NCBI GenBank assembly: GCA_051942245.1
Contig: JAVECL010000008.1
Span: 1 to 64,000, forward strand
From: Trypethelium eluteriae
Taxonomy: Eukaryota
Direction: 5' to 3'
DNA length: 64,000 bases
How positions within the stretch are numbered: the first letter of the stretch is position 1; each line of letters starts with the position of its first letter. Below, piece by piece: positions 35,376-49,583 of this stretch. Under the pieces are notes generated by a model that was not told where the DNA came from, did no database searches, and was given only the letters and a program-made list of their open reading frames with translations. Made by a program: the position numbers and the translations under genes.

Positions 35376-36710
35376 GCATGGTGCTCTTTAATACCCCGAT
35401 CAGGGGGTTCAGGAGTAGGCATTGTCGGTGATGATACCGGTAGGGCGAGCTGGGAAGGCGTTTACTAGAGCCTGGAGACAGGAGCCATCTCATACTCCCT
35501 ATAGTTCATAGCATCTCAGAGCGTTGAATAGATTGACTGTCGGTCCGCTTGGAGATAATAGCTTGCTTAAATGAAAGAGGGCTGTTATATACAGACTTGA
35601 GCGTGACGGTGCAATCACTTGTTCGTGTAAACATGTATCTCTCTGCCAATGCTCCCATGAAACCGAGTCTGGATCTTGCAGATTGTATCCGTGCAAGTAG
35701 ACTCTCAAGCTACGGAGGAGAGTTACGGTCATTGGACAAAAGTGTCCGCGTGCTCGTATGGGAGATTTGGTGAGGGTTGCCTGAGGACCTTTTTCGTAGA
35801 AGTCCGCACCACTCCGTGCACGATCCACCTCCGTGCACGGTGGGACGCGTTTCATCTCCACAGCTTCATAAGGCTATAATTCAACAACGAACTGCTTAAT
35901 AAACTAGATAATTAGATAGATAGATAGTAGAGAACTAGAAAAATCGAATGCGCTATTTAATTTACTCCATAGACTGTTGTGGTAGGCGAATTTCGCGCTG
36001 AGAGCGCGAAACACGAGAAATTACCTCAACCACCAGAGATTTTACCTCTGCAGGTGCGACTTCCGAATTAGGCTGTTTTGAGGCCTTCTGTGTTTTTGTC
36101 TGCTTCTGTTTATAGTGTTTTGACTTATTTTGAAGCTGTTAAGCTGCTTGTTTTGCTTTAAAAAAGTCCTGCCGAATCTGAGCTTTTTTAGTTTAAGCCT
36201 GCTGTCGCCAAATTTGAGCTTCTTCGCGCTGTTGCTTTTGCTGCTGTTTCTCCTGCTCTTTAATCTGCCTATTTAATTATAACTGCTTTTTTTGAGCTGC
36301 TTTTTGCTGTTTTTGCTGTGCTTTTTCCTCATCTAAACGCTTTTATTTATTGCGAAATAATTAAACCTTTATAGGGGTCAAAATTTGAGCCTTATTAAGC
36401 TTATTATTAATAAATACTTTTTTATTTAACTGTTTGGTGTTCTTTTTAGTTATAGCTTACTAAAAACCCTTATTTTTAGCGCGGAGAAGGCTATTCTCTG
36501 CTTAAATAGTGTTAAGAGATTAAAGGAGCTTTTTTATTACCAGATCTTTAGTTTAGATAATAACTTGTTGTAGCTTAAATAGATTAAGGGGAATTTAAGG
36601 TATAAGCTTTATTAAATTGTTTTTTAATTTTAGAGATAATAATTACCGCAGTATGCCTAACACGCACTTAGAATTAAACAGTTAAAGCCCTACAGCCTCC
36701 CATCTACTAA

Positions 36711-39700
36711 TGTTACGAACGCTCCTGACCAAGGACGCGTTGGAAGTAGCCACTACTTGTAGTGCACCAATCGCGTAACACTAAGCGCGTCTCACAACAG
36801 GGGTAAGCGAGGACGTGGTATGGACACCTCAACCATCTCGCAATGAGATAAGCGAGATTTTACCTTGCAAAGAGTGAGATAATATCTCGCCCTCCTTGCT
36901 GCAATATTAATAAGAAAAAAGGCTGTAATAAAGAAGGAATAAATATTTAAGGAACTGGATTTTAGGCACACTTTTATTCTTCTTTTTGCGTTTTATTACT
37001 ATTATTATACCCAGCTGTACCTATAATTAGTTATAAGCCAAATTAAATAAGACCTTATTTATTATTAAGTTGTTTAAAGCTTAGTAACCCTTTTTACATT
37101 ATTAAATCCTTAATACTCCGCTCTTATGTGAAAACTCCTGAGACCCTTTTATGTACCTGCTACAAGCTGCGCTTATACCAGGGGGTATAGGCTTATAACA
37201 TAATAAAACGCCCTTAAGGATGAGTTAATTAAGATCCACTCTGCGGCTGGAGTCCCGCATTAAAGCCCTATTAAAGGAAGGCAAGGTGGGATAACCTAAT
37301 AAGTACTTTAGGGAAAGAAGTAAGTTGGAAGAATGGCTATGCTAAATCCAACTTTACTTCTTATTTAAAAGAATTCTAAATAATTAATAAACCTTAATAG
37401 CCTTATTATACTTAAGAGGATAAGCCCAATACTGGATAAAACCCAAATTAACTTTATATTTTAATAACTTAAAAAACCCTAATAATCTTTTTGTAAGATT
37501 CCCTTAATTTAAGAAAGAGCTTAAATAAATTTTTGGGATTTTTAATAAAGTTAAGATAGCGGAGTAAGCTGTTTAAAATTTAATATAAAAAACTTTAATA
37601 GCGGATTATGCAGCTAAGTTCTAAAAATATTCTAACAAATTAGAATGGAATAATAAAGCATTACAACCTATGTACTGGAGAGAACTTAAAAATAATATTA
37701 AGGATAAGCTAATATATTATAGTGGCTTTATTAACACATTGCAAGAATTTATTAATGCCTTAATTAAACTGAATAATAAACTTTACGCAAGGCGTATAAA
37801 AAAGCAATTAGCCCTATACATTCCAGTAAGAAGGATTAAAGGAATTACTTAGCATTACAGTAATAATAAACCAATAAAAGGAGTTTAGTACTCCAACCTT
37901 GCGCAAAATAAAAAGGAAAAAAGTGCTTAAACAAAAAAAAAATACTATACCTATAGAAAATTAGGGCATATAACAAGAAATTATTAATCCAAGAATAAAG
38001 TGGATCACAAAAAAGAATTTAATATAGTAACCTAAGTCCACCTAAGAGAAGATAAAATTATTATTAACAAACCAATAAGTAATAATAATATTAAGAACTT
38101 AAATATTTTCCAGTATTAAACAATCAACAATAAATCCAATGCAGAGGAAAAAAGTGCTTTATAAGAAGAAGTTATTAACCCTATAAATAGCTAAGAGGAC
38201 TTATAAGCACCCACATACACAATCCAAGGAAAGGAAGCAACTCAGGACAAACACAAGAATTATGTGCATTTAGTATTAAAAATAAAGGATCACCCAGATT
38301 ATTAACTCCTAGGATAATGCCTACTGCAAGAATGCAATATTTATAAAATGTATGTAAGTGTAAAACCTAAACTTTTACCAATTATGTGGGATTAAAAGCA
38401 AAGGAACTTCTAATATTAAAAAGAAGTCCATAGACTCTCATAATATCCCAACTATAATTAAATAATTGGATAAGAGGAATGTTAAAATAATGCGTGTCTA
38501 AAGTATTAATAGGCAAAAAATTAGAATAAAAAAAAGTTATAACACTAGTTCCAATATTTTATAGCATGTGGGATAAGGAACTATAAATTTTACCAAAAAT
38601 AAGAAAGTAATTATAACTTATTTAATAAAAAATTCTGCAAAAAAAAGGAGACATGCTTATACTATAAACCAGGCAGTAATATAGCTTAAGGAAGGAGCTA
38701 ATCCCAATAAGGACTGTGTCCAAAACCGCCCTACAAACTATTTATGTGTAAAATAATAAGCTGGCTAAAATATATTAGCACTATGTGTGTTAAACACCGC
38801 CAAAAGTAAGCAGACTATTATGCAAAATATTAATGCAACAACCTAAATTATTATAAACATTGCTTAAATTATAAAAGTATAAAACCAGAATAGCAGGAGT
38901 GCTATAAAACTGCTAAGAAGATAAGGGAAGAAGAGGGAAAAATTAATAACTTCTTATAAAGGGGTTATAAGTAAGTTATAATATAACATCCCTTAGCAAA
39001 GCAATAATAGGATTGTTTAAAATTAAGGTTAAGATTAAAAATTAATAAATTAAAGCAATAATTAATAGTAATATATTAATAAACATAATAGCAGTAATAA
39101 CTACTAAAAGGATTAAACTTAATACCAAGGAAAAAAAAAAGTTATATAATTTATATAGAGCTACTGGATTATAACTTGCAGAATAAAGATAAGTGGATAT
39201 TAAAACAGAACTTATTTTCATAATTACGCAAGGGCACACTAAAGAAATCCAACTTAATATTATAAATCTAATTAGGTATAATATTATACTTAAATTACTA
39301 TAATTGCGGAATTATAACCCAGATATTAATTAGGAAATAGGGGAAATTACATTTTATAGGTGCAAATACAGCATTGCATGGGACCCCGGAGGAGCAGCGA
39401 ATTGCTTTAGGGATAAAATAAGGATAAGCTATAATGTGGCTTTAATATTAATAAATAAGGATAACTAAAAAAAAATAAACTAGATCCGGCGTATCTAATA
39501 CTTTAATAAAAGTAAAAGGTTAACTAAGGGATAACATAAAGCGTAAAAACGCTAAACTTATAATAATACCTCTTAAATACAAAAAGTATTTGCCACTCTT
39601 TAAGAAAGGGAGAGCAGACTAAGTACTGCCTCCATATTAACTGTGGGATTATAAGATAAAACTAAAGCTAAGGAAGCAACCCACTTTTGGACCTTTATAT

Positions 39701-42700
39701 CCTTAGTTATAAAAAGAACTAGAGATGCTTTAAGAATAGCTAAGAGAAAACCTTAAAAAAGGATTTATCCAAAAATTAGAGTTTTTAGCAGGACATCTTA
39801 TACTTTTTGTTCCTAAGAAGAATAAAAAACTGCGATTATGTATTAATTATCAGAAACTTAATGCTATTATAATTAAGAATAAGTATCCATTACTTAATGC
39901 GGCAGAACTAAAAGACTGCCTAACTGGAGCAAAGTAGCTTATATTATTAGATTAAAGAGATGCCTATAATTCTATCCGCATAAAAAAAGGTAAGAAATAA
40001 AAAACTGTATTTAGAATAAAATACGGACTATTTAAATCCTTAGTAATACTATTTAGATTAATAAACGCACCTACAACCTGTTAAGAATAGATTAATAATG
40101 CATTACGGCAATATCTAGACATCTTTATAATTGTATATCTTAATAATATACTAATCTATTCCAAAATAAAGGAAGAATATATAAAATATATAAAAATAGT
40201 ACTAAAATATCTAAAAAAAAGGAACCTTAAATTATTACTAAAGAAGTGTATTTTCCACTAAAAATAAATAATATTCTTAGGGTATGTAATAAGAAAGGAT
40301 TAAATTTAAATAAAGCCAGAAAAGGTATAATCAGTCTTAATATAGCTAAAGCCAACAAATATTAAGGGGGTTTAAAGTTTCTTAGGATTTATAAACTTTA
40401 ACCAACAGTTTATCCCTAAATATTCCAAGAAAGCAAAATTACTTACAGACCTTATAAAAAGTAAGCAATTATTCCAATAAGAATAGCCATAAAAAAAAGC
40501 CTTTAAAGTTATTAAAAAAGAGATTACAAAAGACCTAAAACTGATAATCTGCAACCCAAAGTTATTACTAAAGCTTAAGACAGATACTTTAGATTTTATA
40601 ATAAGCGCTTATCTCTTGCAATGGGTAAATAGGAAGTGGAAACTAATAGGATATTACTTAAGAAAAATAACTCCTGCTAAACTAAATTACAACATTTATA
40701 ATAAGAAATTGCTGGCAATAATAGCAGCAATAAAGCACTAAAGAGCGTATATAAAAGAAACACCCAAACTGGATATTTATACCAACCACAAAAATCTATT
40801 AATATTTATAACAACAAAATAATTAAACTAAAAACAAGTTAGATGGGCAGAACTCCTTAGACAGTATAAGTTTACTATATATTACGCACCAAAAAAAAAA
40901 AATAGAAGAGCAGATGCTTTAAGTTAATAAGAAGACTATTAAGGAAATAAAAAAGTGTACTAAGCAGTGTTTAAAAAAAAGAATAATAGCACTCTTAAAA
41001 GCATTTCCTAAAAGTTTGGATTAATTCTTAACATCTTAGAAGATAAAAATAAACAGTTCCTTATTATTACTTAAAAATTACAAATTTTAAATAATAAAGT
41101 TAACCATTATATTTAAAGATATCACAATAAACCGCGATATGGACATCCTAAAATAGCACAAACACTTAAGAATATATCTTAAAACTGCATTTTTAATAAT
41201 ATAAAATAAAAAGTCTAAAGTTATGTGGCAAAATGTGATTACTGTAAAAGAAATAAGCACAGTACCCAAAAAAGAAAAGGTACTATCTAACTAATTTAAG
41301 CACCAATAAGGCCTTAGGAGCAGATTATAATAAACTTTATTACAGACTTACCTGCGTTAAAGCATCTGGTAACCAGAGAGGTTTACACAGCAATCTACAT
41401 AATAGTATACAGACTGATAAAGTATACAATACTAATTCTATTTAACAAGAAATATGGAATAAAAAAAACAGCATAAATACTCCTTAAAAGAGTAATATTA
41501 TACTTCAGATTACCTATCTTAATAATATTAGACCAAAATAGAAGGTTTACAGCTAAATTCTTCCAAACATTAATAGCAAACTTAGGGACTAAAACTAAGT
41601 TATTAATAGCGTACTACAAAGAGACTAACGGATAAACTAAATGGATAAATTAGTTACTGGAACAATTTTTGAGATATTATATTAATAATCTGCAAAATAA
41701 TTGGGTATTATTATTACCTATAGCATAACTGTGTATCAACACCAAAGAATCCAGTACAACTAAGTTTGTGCTTATCTAAGGACTAATAAGATATATACCA
41801 TTATTAATTCAACTAATACTTATTAGAATAATATTAGCATTGGGAGAAGACTGTAGAAAAATAATAAGATTAGTACACAATAAAATGGCTAAAAATATTA
41901 AAAAAAGAAATAGGAAGTTAACTAAAAATAACAATAAAGTAAATAAACCTTAACTAAAGGAGGGGGATAAAGTATATTTACTTACAAAAAATTTGAAAAT
42001 AAAAAGACCCTACAAAAAATTTAGTGTAGTAAAGGTCAGTCTATTTATTATTAAAGAAAAAAAGAACAAAGTTAATTATAAGTTAAACCTTCCGCAGGAT
42101 GCTTAAGTCTACCTGGTGTTTTATTTATCCTTATTAAAATCAGCAGATAAAAGCATATTATATGCAGAAATATTTAGCTATAAATTAAAAAAAGAACATA
42201 AGTTTAAAGTAGAAAAAATTCTACAAAAGAAAAACAAAAAGTATTTAATAAAATAAAAAGGATATCCTAACTCAGAAAATACTTAAAAAACACAAGGAAT
42301 GTTATCCAAATATAGAGGAAAAATACAATAATACTTAAACTTTAAAAAAGGGGGAAAACCTACCCATAGCAATTATATCTTTAACACTAGCAAAAGTTTC
42401 TTATAATAAAAAAGAAAAACTAATAGCAGCAGCAGTAGCAAAACAGTTGTCCTTATTAACCACACCCTTATTTAGCTTATTAAGAGCATGTTTAGTTTTC
42501 TGTTTTGCGCATTCCTTAGCTTAATAAAGAATCTTTTTATAACGCATAAGGTGAGCAAGCACTTTGGCAAGCTCTTCCTTATTCTTTAACACTCTTTTAG
42601 CGTATTCCTCTTAAGTGCGATTAAGAGAAGACTATAATAAGTTTACACACAGTTTCCCTATTTTTACATACTTAGAACACTTAATATAAGACTCCATAAT

Positions 42701-43379
42701 AATGCAGATATAACCGCGGAGGAGGCAGAGGTTATAAGGCGACAGAATTAGGAGGCTAAAGTTTTTAATCTTTAAGGATAAATAGTGGCGATAAAGTTTA
42801 GAGGAAGATATCTTGCTAAATAAATAAAAGCGGGGTTACTTTTACTTATATTTTATGTAAAGACATGTAACTAAGGAGGAGGGGACTAATATTATAAACA
42901 CTCCTAACTAAGGACGCGTTAAAAGTAGCTATTACTTATAGTGCACCAATTGCGTAACACTAAGCGCGTCTTGCAATAGGGGTAAGTAAGGACGTGGTAT
43001 GGACACCTTAACCATCTTGCAACAAGATAAGCAAAATCTCACCTTGCAGAGAGTAAGATAACATCTCACCCTCCTTGCTATAATACCAGCAAGAAGGAAG
43101 GCTATAATAAAGAAGGAATAAATATTTAAGGAACTGGATTTTAGGCACACTCTTATTCTTCTCCTTACATTTTATTATTATTATTATACCCAGCTATACT
43201 TATAATTAGTTGTGAGCTAAATTAAACAAGACCTTATTTATTATTAAGTTGTTCAAAGCTTAGTAACCCTTCTTACATTATTGGATCCTTGACACTCCGC
43301 TCCTACGTGAAAACTCCTGAGACCCTTCTATGTACCTGCTACAAGCTGCGCTTGTACCAGGGGGTATAGGCTCATAACA
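36711..43379 (+). mobile_element. Full-length RIP-inactivated Ty3/Gypsy (chromovirus-like) LTR retrotransposon, 6669 bp
   Basis: 490-bp LTRs 36711-37200 and 42890-43379, TSD ACTAA, polypurine tract before the 3' LTR. RT remnants (YLNNIL for YLDDIL), then RNase H/integrase and chromodomain-like remnants (~42200-42290). Very TpA-rich. Confidence 0.93.
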
Positions 43380-46300
43380 ACTAAGTATATTTTTTAGTGT
43401 TATTACACGCTTAAATGCAGGCTAAAAGAGGTTAAAAAAGTTGTGTTTACCTAAATTATTAATATGCTATAAGTTATTAAGAAACTTGTCTCATTCTTTT
43501 AAGTAATAATGCGCAAGTGGATAGAAAAGTTTAATATCTAATAGCTAAAGCCTATAAGTTAAATAGGACGGGAATATAGCTAATATAATGCTGTATTTAT
43601 TGCTTAGGTTAATAAACTGCATATTATAATAGCTGCTGTAACTATTAATAATAAGTAGATGTAAATCTTGTCTATTTTTAGCCTTCTCTCACGTGTGTTG
43701 GTGGAATAGCTCCTGGAGCTTGTATGCTCTTTAGGCTTAAAATTATTAATCCAGCTATATTTAATATTGTTTGTTTTTAAGGCGTAGATAATATGTGGTA
43801 GTAAAGCTGTCCCATCCATACAAATTAAAGCAATTATTATAATCTATTTTTTTAAGCTATATTGGCCTACGCTGAGTAGTTTACTGTTCTCCTAAGCTTG
43901 GACATTAAAGACATGTTATGAGCCTATACCCCTGGTACAAGCGCAGCTTGTAGCAGGTACGTAGAGTGGTCTCAGGGTTTTCACGTAGGAGCGGAGTATC
44001 AAGGATCCAAGGGGTGTAAGAAGGTTACTAAGCTTTGAACAACTTAATAGTAAATAAGAACTTGTTTAATTAGCTTATAACTAACTATAAGGTACAGTAA
44101 TAATAATAAAATGCAAGGAGGAAAATAAGAATGCGCCTAGAGTTAGGTTCCTTAAATATTCATTAATCCTCCATTACAGCTCTCCTTCTTGCTGGTCTTG
44201 CAGCGAGGAGGGCGAGATGTTATCTTACTTCCTGCGAGGTAAGATCTCGCTTATCTCGCTGCGAGATGGTTAAGGTGCCTGTGCCGCATCCTCGCCACTT
44301 CTATTGTGAGACGCGCCTAGTGTTACGCGATCAGTATACTACAAGTAGTGCCTACCTCCGACGCGTTCCTGGTCAGGAGCGTTCGTAACATAAATAATCC
44401 ATATCTTGTTCTAAAAGCAGTTTTTTATTTCTTACCTTTTTTTATACGGATAAAATTATAAGCATCTCTTTAGTCTAATAATATAAGCTACTTTACTCCG
44501 GTTAGGCAGTCTTTTAATTCTACCGCGTTAGGTAATAAATACCTATTCTTAATTATAATAGCATTAAGTTTTTAGTAATTAATATATAATTGCAGTCTCC
44601 TATTCTTTTTGGGAATAAAAAGTATTGGATATTCTGCCAAAAACTCTAATTTTTAAATAAAGCCTTTCTTTAGGTTTTTTTTTTTTTTTTTTTTTTGCTA
44701 TTTTTAAAGCATTTTTAATTCCCTTTATAATTAAGGATATAAGGGTCTAAATATGGGTTGCTTCCCTAGCTTAAGCTTAATCTTATAATCCCATAATTAG
44801 TATAAAGGCAAGGCTTTTTTTGCCCTCCCTTTTTTAAAGAGTAGTAAGTACTCCTTATATTTAAAAGGAATTATTATAAGTTTAGCGTCCTTATACTCTG
44901 CACTATCCTTAGGTTGATTTTCTACCCTTATTAAAGTATTAAATATGCCAGACCCAGTGTTATTTTGATTATTCTTATTTATTAACATTAAGGCTATATT
45001 ATAGCTATTTATTTTATTCCTAAAGCAATTTACTGCTCCTTTAGGGTCTTATGTGGTGTTATATTTACATCTGCTAAACATAATTTCTCCTATTTCCTAA
45101 TTAATATTTAGGTTATAAGTTCTTAATTATAATAATTTAAGTATAATTTTATGCTTAATTAGGTTTATAATATTTAATTATATTCCCTTAATATGCCCTT
45201 AAGTTATTATAAAAATAAGTTTAGTTTTAGTATCCACCTTTTTTTGTCCTGCAAATTATAATCCAGTAGCTTTATATAAGTTATATAGCTTTTATTTTAC
45301 CCTAATATTAAGTCTAATTCTTTTTATAATTCTTACTGCAATTATATTAATAACTGTATTATAATTAATAATTGCTTTAACTTTTTAATCCTAAATTTTA
45401 ACTAAAATTCTAATTATTAAATTAATAATTTTTAAGGATGTTATATTATAATTCTTTTATCTCCCCTTTATAAGGAATTTATAGCTTTTTCCTCCTACAA
45501 TATTATATCCTTAAAAGTTTTATAGCATGCTTATTATTCCGGCTTTATCTTATTATAATTTAGGTAATATTTATAGCAGTTTAGGTTATTGTATTAATAT
45601 TTTATACAGTAATCTGCTTATTTTTAATAGTGTTTATAATATGCGATATTAACACATAATATCTAATTTATTATTCTGCATAATTATAAGCTGTATACAT
45701 CTCTGGGTGCCAGTCCTTATTTTATTTAAATATTTCCTTATTTAGGGTTGTTTAATCCATAATATGGGCAAGTTTTATAATTTTTGTAGAAATTTTTATT
45801 AAGTCTAATATATTCTTTTTCCTGCTTTTAATAATATTAGCAATTTAGATTATTATAGGCAGTAAAGTGTTATTATTTATGTTTAAGCTTCTTTTTTTAT
45901 TAATTTTTTTCCCACTAATATTTTTAATAATTATTATTTTGGCATTCTTCCTATTTGACTATTTAGTTATAATTAAGATATTACAAAAGTTTATGGACTT
46001 CTTTTTAATATTAGAAGTTTCTTTATTTCTATCCTTATATAATTATTAGGAGTTCTGGTTTTACCCCCATATAAACTGGGTGTATTTTATAATCTTATAA
46101 TTTATATTATTTCAGCAACTTATAATCTGGGTAATTCTTATTATTAGATACTAAATGCGCGTAAATTTTATATCTTTTTTAAGTTGCTTTTTCTCCTTTA
46201 ATTTTATATATGGGTAATTTTAAGTCCTTTTAGCTATCTGCAGGGTTAATAATTTCCTCCCATAAAGTATCTTCTTCTTTTGCTTTAGGTTTATTATTAA

Positions 46301-47101
46301 ATATTTAATATTAAAATATATTTAGTTTCCTTATATTATTATTACTTATTTATTTATTAATAAAGATTTTATCTTCTCTTAAATAGATTTAGGTAGCCAT
46401 ATTAAATTCTTCTTTATAATTTACTTTATTTTGGGATTAGCAGTTCCTTATTATGTGTCTGGTTTTTTTACATGCATAATTTTTTTTTTTATTTTAAGCA
46501 CTTTTTATCTTCTTACTTTATGCAAAATTAAAGTATTAAACTTCTTTTATTAATTTATTATTATTAAATTGGATATATTTTTTAGTTTATCTTATTAGGA
46601 TGTATGTAGCTAATTTTTTATTTATTTACCTTGTATAAAGCTTATTATCTAGTTTAATAAAGGCGCTTATAAGTTTTTATAATATATTAATTAAACCTTT
46701 ATAATGCATTAATTTATTCTTTATGTTATTTTTAAGCCCTTTTTAATACATAAGTTATAGCGCTTTATTATTTTATTTTAATATATTTAAGTACTCCTAA
46801 AACTTTGCTGCGTACTCTGCTGCTAAAGTTTTTTATACTATTTTTTAAACTGCTCTTTTTATTATCTTAACCTTATTAAAGATTTTAAAAATTTATTTAA
46901 GCTCTTTTTTAAATTAAAGGAACCTTATAAAAAAACCTAAAAGGTTTTTTTAATTATTAAGATATAAAGTTAACTTTAGTTTAACCCAGTATTATGCTTA
47001 TCCTCTTATGTATAATAAGGCTACTAAAGCTTATTATTTTTTTAGAATTCTTTTAAACAGAAAGTGAAGTTAAATTTAGTATAGCTATTTTTCTAACTTA
47101 T

Positions 47102-48084
47102 TATTACGAACGCTCCTGACCAAGGACGCGTCGGAGGTAGTCACTACTTGTAGTGCACCAATCGCGTAACACTAGGCGCGTCTCACAATAGAAGTGGCGA
47201 GGTTGCGGCATAAACACCTTAACTATCTCGCACCGAGATGAGCGAGATCTTACCTCGCGGGAAGCAAGATAACATCTCGCCCCCCTCACTGCGAGACCAG
47301 CAAGAAGGAAAGCTGTAGTGGAGGACTAATGGATATTTAAGGAGCCTGGTTCTAGGCGCATTCTCGTTTGTTCCTCCTTGCGTTTTATTATTATACCATA
47401 CTGTACCCTACAGTTAGTTATGAGCCTAATTAAACAAGTTCTTATTTGTTACAAGTTGTTCAAAGCTTAGTAACCTTCTTACACCTTTGGATCCTTGACA
47501 CTCCGCTCCTACGTGAAAAAACCCTGAGACCATTCTACATACCTGCTACAAGCTGCGCTTATACCAGGGGTATATGTTACGACCCAGCCGCGTCAAGGCT
47601 GAACGCCATCTCCTTTGTACTTGCTGCAAGCGTTCCACAGATAGGTCGTAACGAGCAGAGATCACGTGACTGATTAGTAGCGAGAAGCTACAGATCAGGA
47701 TAGAGCGATCTGGAGCGATCACCCACGGATCACAGGTTATCACACCGATCAACAGCGATCAATCAGAGATCAGTAGAGATCTGATCAGAGGAGGAACAGC
47801 TGTGATCGGGAGGAATCACAAGTATATATATGTAGGAAGGAATCAGCTTAACTAATTCCCTCGCGTTTTATTACCATACCAAACTGTACTTACAGTTAGT
47901 TACGAGCCAAATTGAACAAGACCTTATTCAGTACAAGTTGTTCAAAGCTTAGTGACCCTTCTTACATCATTGGATCCTTGACACTCCGCTCCTACGTGAA
48001 AAAACCTGAGACCCTTCTACGGACCTGCTACAAGCCGCGCTTGTACCAGGGGGTATAGGCTCATAACAGTATAGGCTCATAACA
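47102..48084 (+). mobile_element. Solo LTR inserted in the gag region of element 2, itself interrupted
   Basis: LTR sequence 47102-47574 plus 48074-48084, flanked by TSD CTTAT. Confidence 0.88.
47575..48068 (+). mobile_element. Variant or chimeric solo LTR (494 bp) nested in the solo LTR
   Basis: TG...CA ends and TSD GTATA. The 3' part matches the family LTR; the 5' ~280 bp does not. Confidence 0.85.
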
Positions 48085-49583
48085 CTTATTTCTGTTTTTA
48101 AAGTATTTATTAGGTTGTCCAACCTTACCTTCCTTTAATAAGGCTTTAGTACGGGATTCCAGCCGCGGAGTAAATCCTAATTAACTTATCCTTAAGGGCG
48201 TTTTATTATGTTATGAGCCTATACCCCTAGTATAAGCACAGCTTATAGCAGGTATGTAGAGTGGTCTTAGGGTTTTTCACGTAAGAGCGGAGTATTAAGG
48301 ATCCAAGGGGTGTAAAAAGGTTACTAAACTTTAAACAACTTAATAGTAAATAAGGACTTATTTAATTAGCTTATAACTAATTATAAGGTATAATAATAGT
48401 AATAAAACATAAGGAGGAAAATAAGAATGCGCCTAAAGTTAGGTTCCTTAAATATTTATTAATCCTCCACTACAGCTCTCCTTTTTGCTGGTCTCACAGT
48501 GAGGAGGGTGAGATGTTATCTTGCTTCCTGTAAGGTAAGATCTCGCTTATCTTGCTGCAAGATGGTTAAGGTGTTTATGCCGCATCCTTGCCACTTCTGT
48601 TGCGAGACGCGCCTAGTGTTACGCGATTGGTGCATTACAAGTAGTGACTACCTCCGACGCGTCCTTGGTCAGGAGCGTTCGTAACAAGACATGTTAAGAC
48701 TTTTTAATAATACCTAAAAAGAAGCCTTTTTTGTCTATATTATAGATGTTTTGGGGTTGGATTTTCTATTTCTTAATTTTCTCCCTAATTTATTAAATTA
48801 TAAAAAAACAAATAAAGCAATTAAGAAGACTTATAAGGTTAAAAAACTTTTAAATCCTAGGAATGTTATTGGCCTTTTTACACTCTAAATTTAGCCCCAT
48901 TAGGTAGGTAGATTTAAGATTTTTATGGTAATATTTAATAAAATAATGCGTCCAGTTTTTTCCTAATAGCTTTTTAAGGATTTCTAAAGCAAAATTTCTA
49001 ATCATTCGCACTATAGGAGGGATGCCATAGTCCAAAAGCTTATTAATATAGTCCACAAGAGCTAATTTTTGTTGTTTTAATATAAGGAGTTTGCTTTCCT
49101 AAATAAACTGCTCCTTACCCCGTGTCGCGCCCTTATAGCAACGCAATAACGTTATACAGTCAACATTAAAAATTTAAGCAGCCTCAGCATAATTAAAAAC
49201 CTCCGCAGTTTCTAAATAAGCAAGAGCTGAAGCAATTAACCCCATATTGGTGGAGATAATCAATTTTGAACATGTGTGCGCCGGACGAATTGAGGCGTGC
49301 ACGGAGGTGGATCGTGCACGGAGTGGTGCGGACTTCTACGACTGTAGAGGTTACGAGAAGAAGAGGAAACAATACCGAGGATTGATCAGAGATAATCACC
49401 GAGATAATTATCAGAATTAGCCTCTATCTTCTTTATTCATTGAGCCAGATTCGCTGGCATCTTGGAAGTCAGACACGCGGTAGTTGGTGATCAAAAGCGT
49501 TAAGACGACGCTCGAAATTTCGAGACGTTGCTGCGGTCGCAAAAGCTTTGGTCACCCCCCTGCCTGGCTGCCCTCCACCCGTG

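Larger units (their letters stand above)
43914..48686 (-). mobile_element. Second Ty3/Gypsy element of the same family, antisense and internally deleted
   Basis: LTRs 43914-44390 and 48209-48686, TSD AGACA. The internal region stops inside RT (KTAFRTRYGLF) at 44391. Confidence 0.9.
35794..49344 (-). mobile_element. RIP-mutated pogo/Fot1 (Tc1/mariner) DNA transposon, ~2.1 kb when reconstructed, hosting nested LTR elements
   Basis: ~46-bp TIR TCGTAGAAGTCCGCACCACTCCGTGCACGATCCACCTCCGTGCACG at both ends. The right end is ...ACTG|TA; the left end lacks the terminal CAG. CENP-B HTH-like ORF at 48850-49056, YNIDKKGF near 48720-48745, CMDGTALLP and RLQLLD remnants at 43385-43913. Confidence 0.88.

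Noticed and set aside
37670..48684. Short ORFs inside the AT-rich block
   Set aside because: Fragments or antisense frames of RIP-mutated retrotransposon and LTR sequence.
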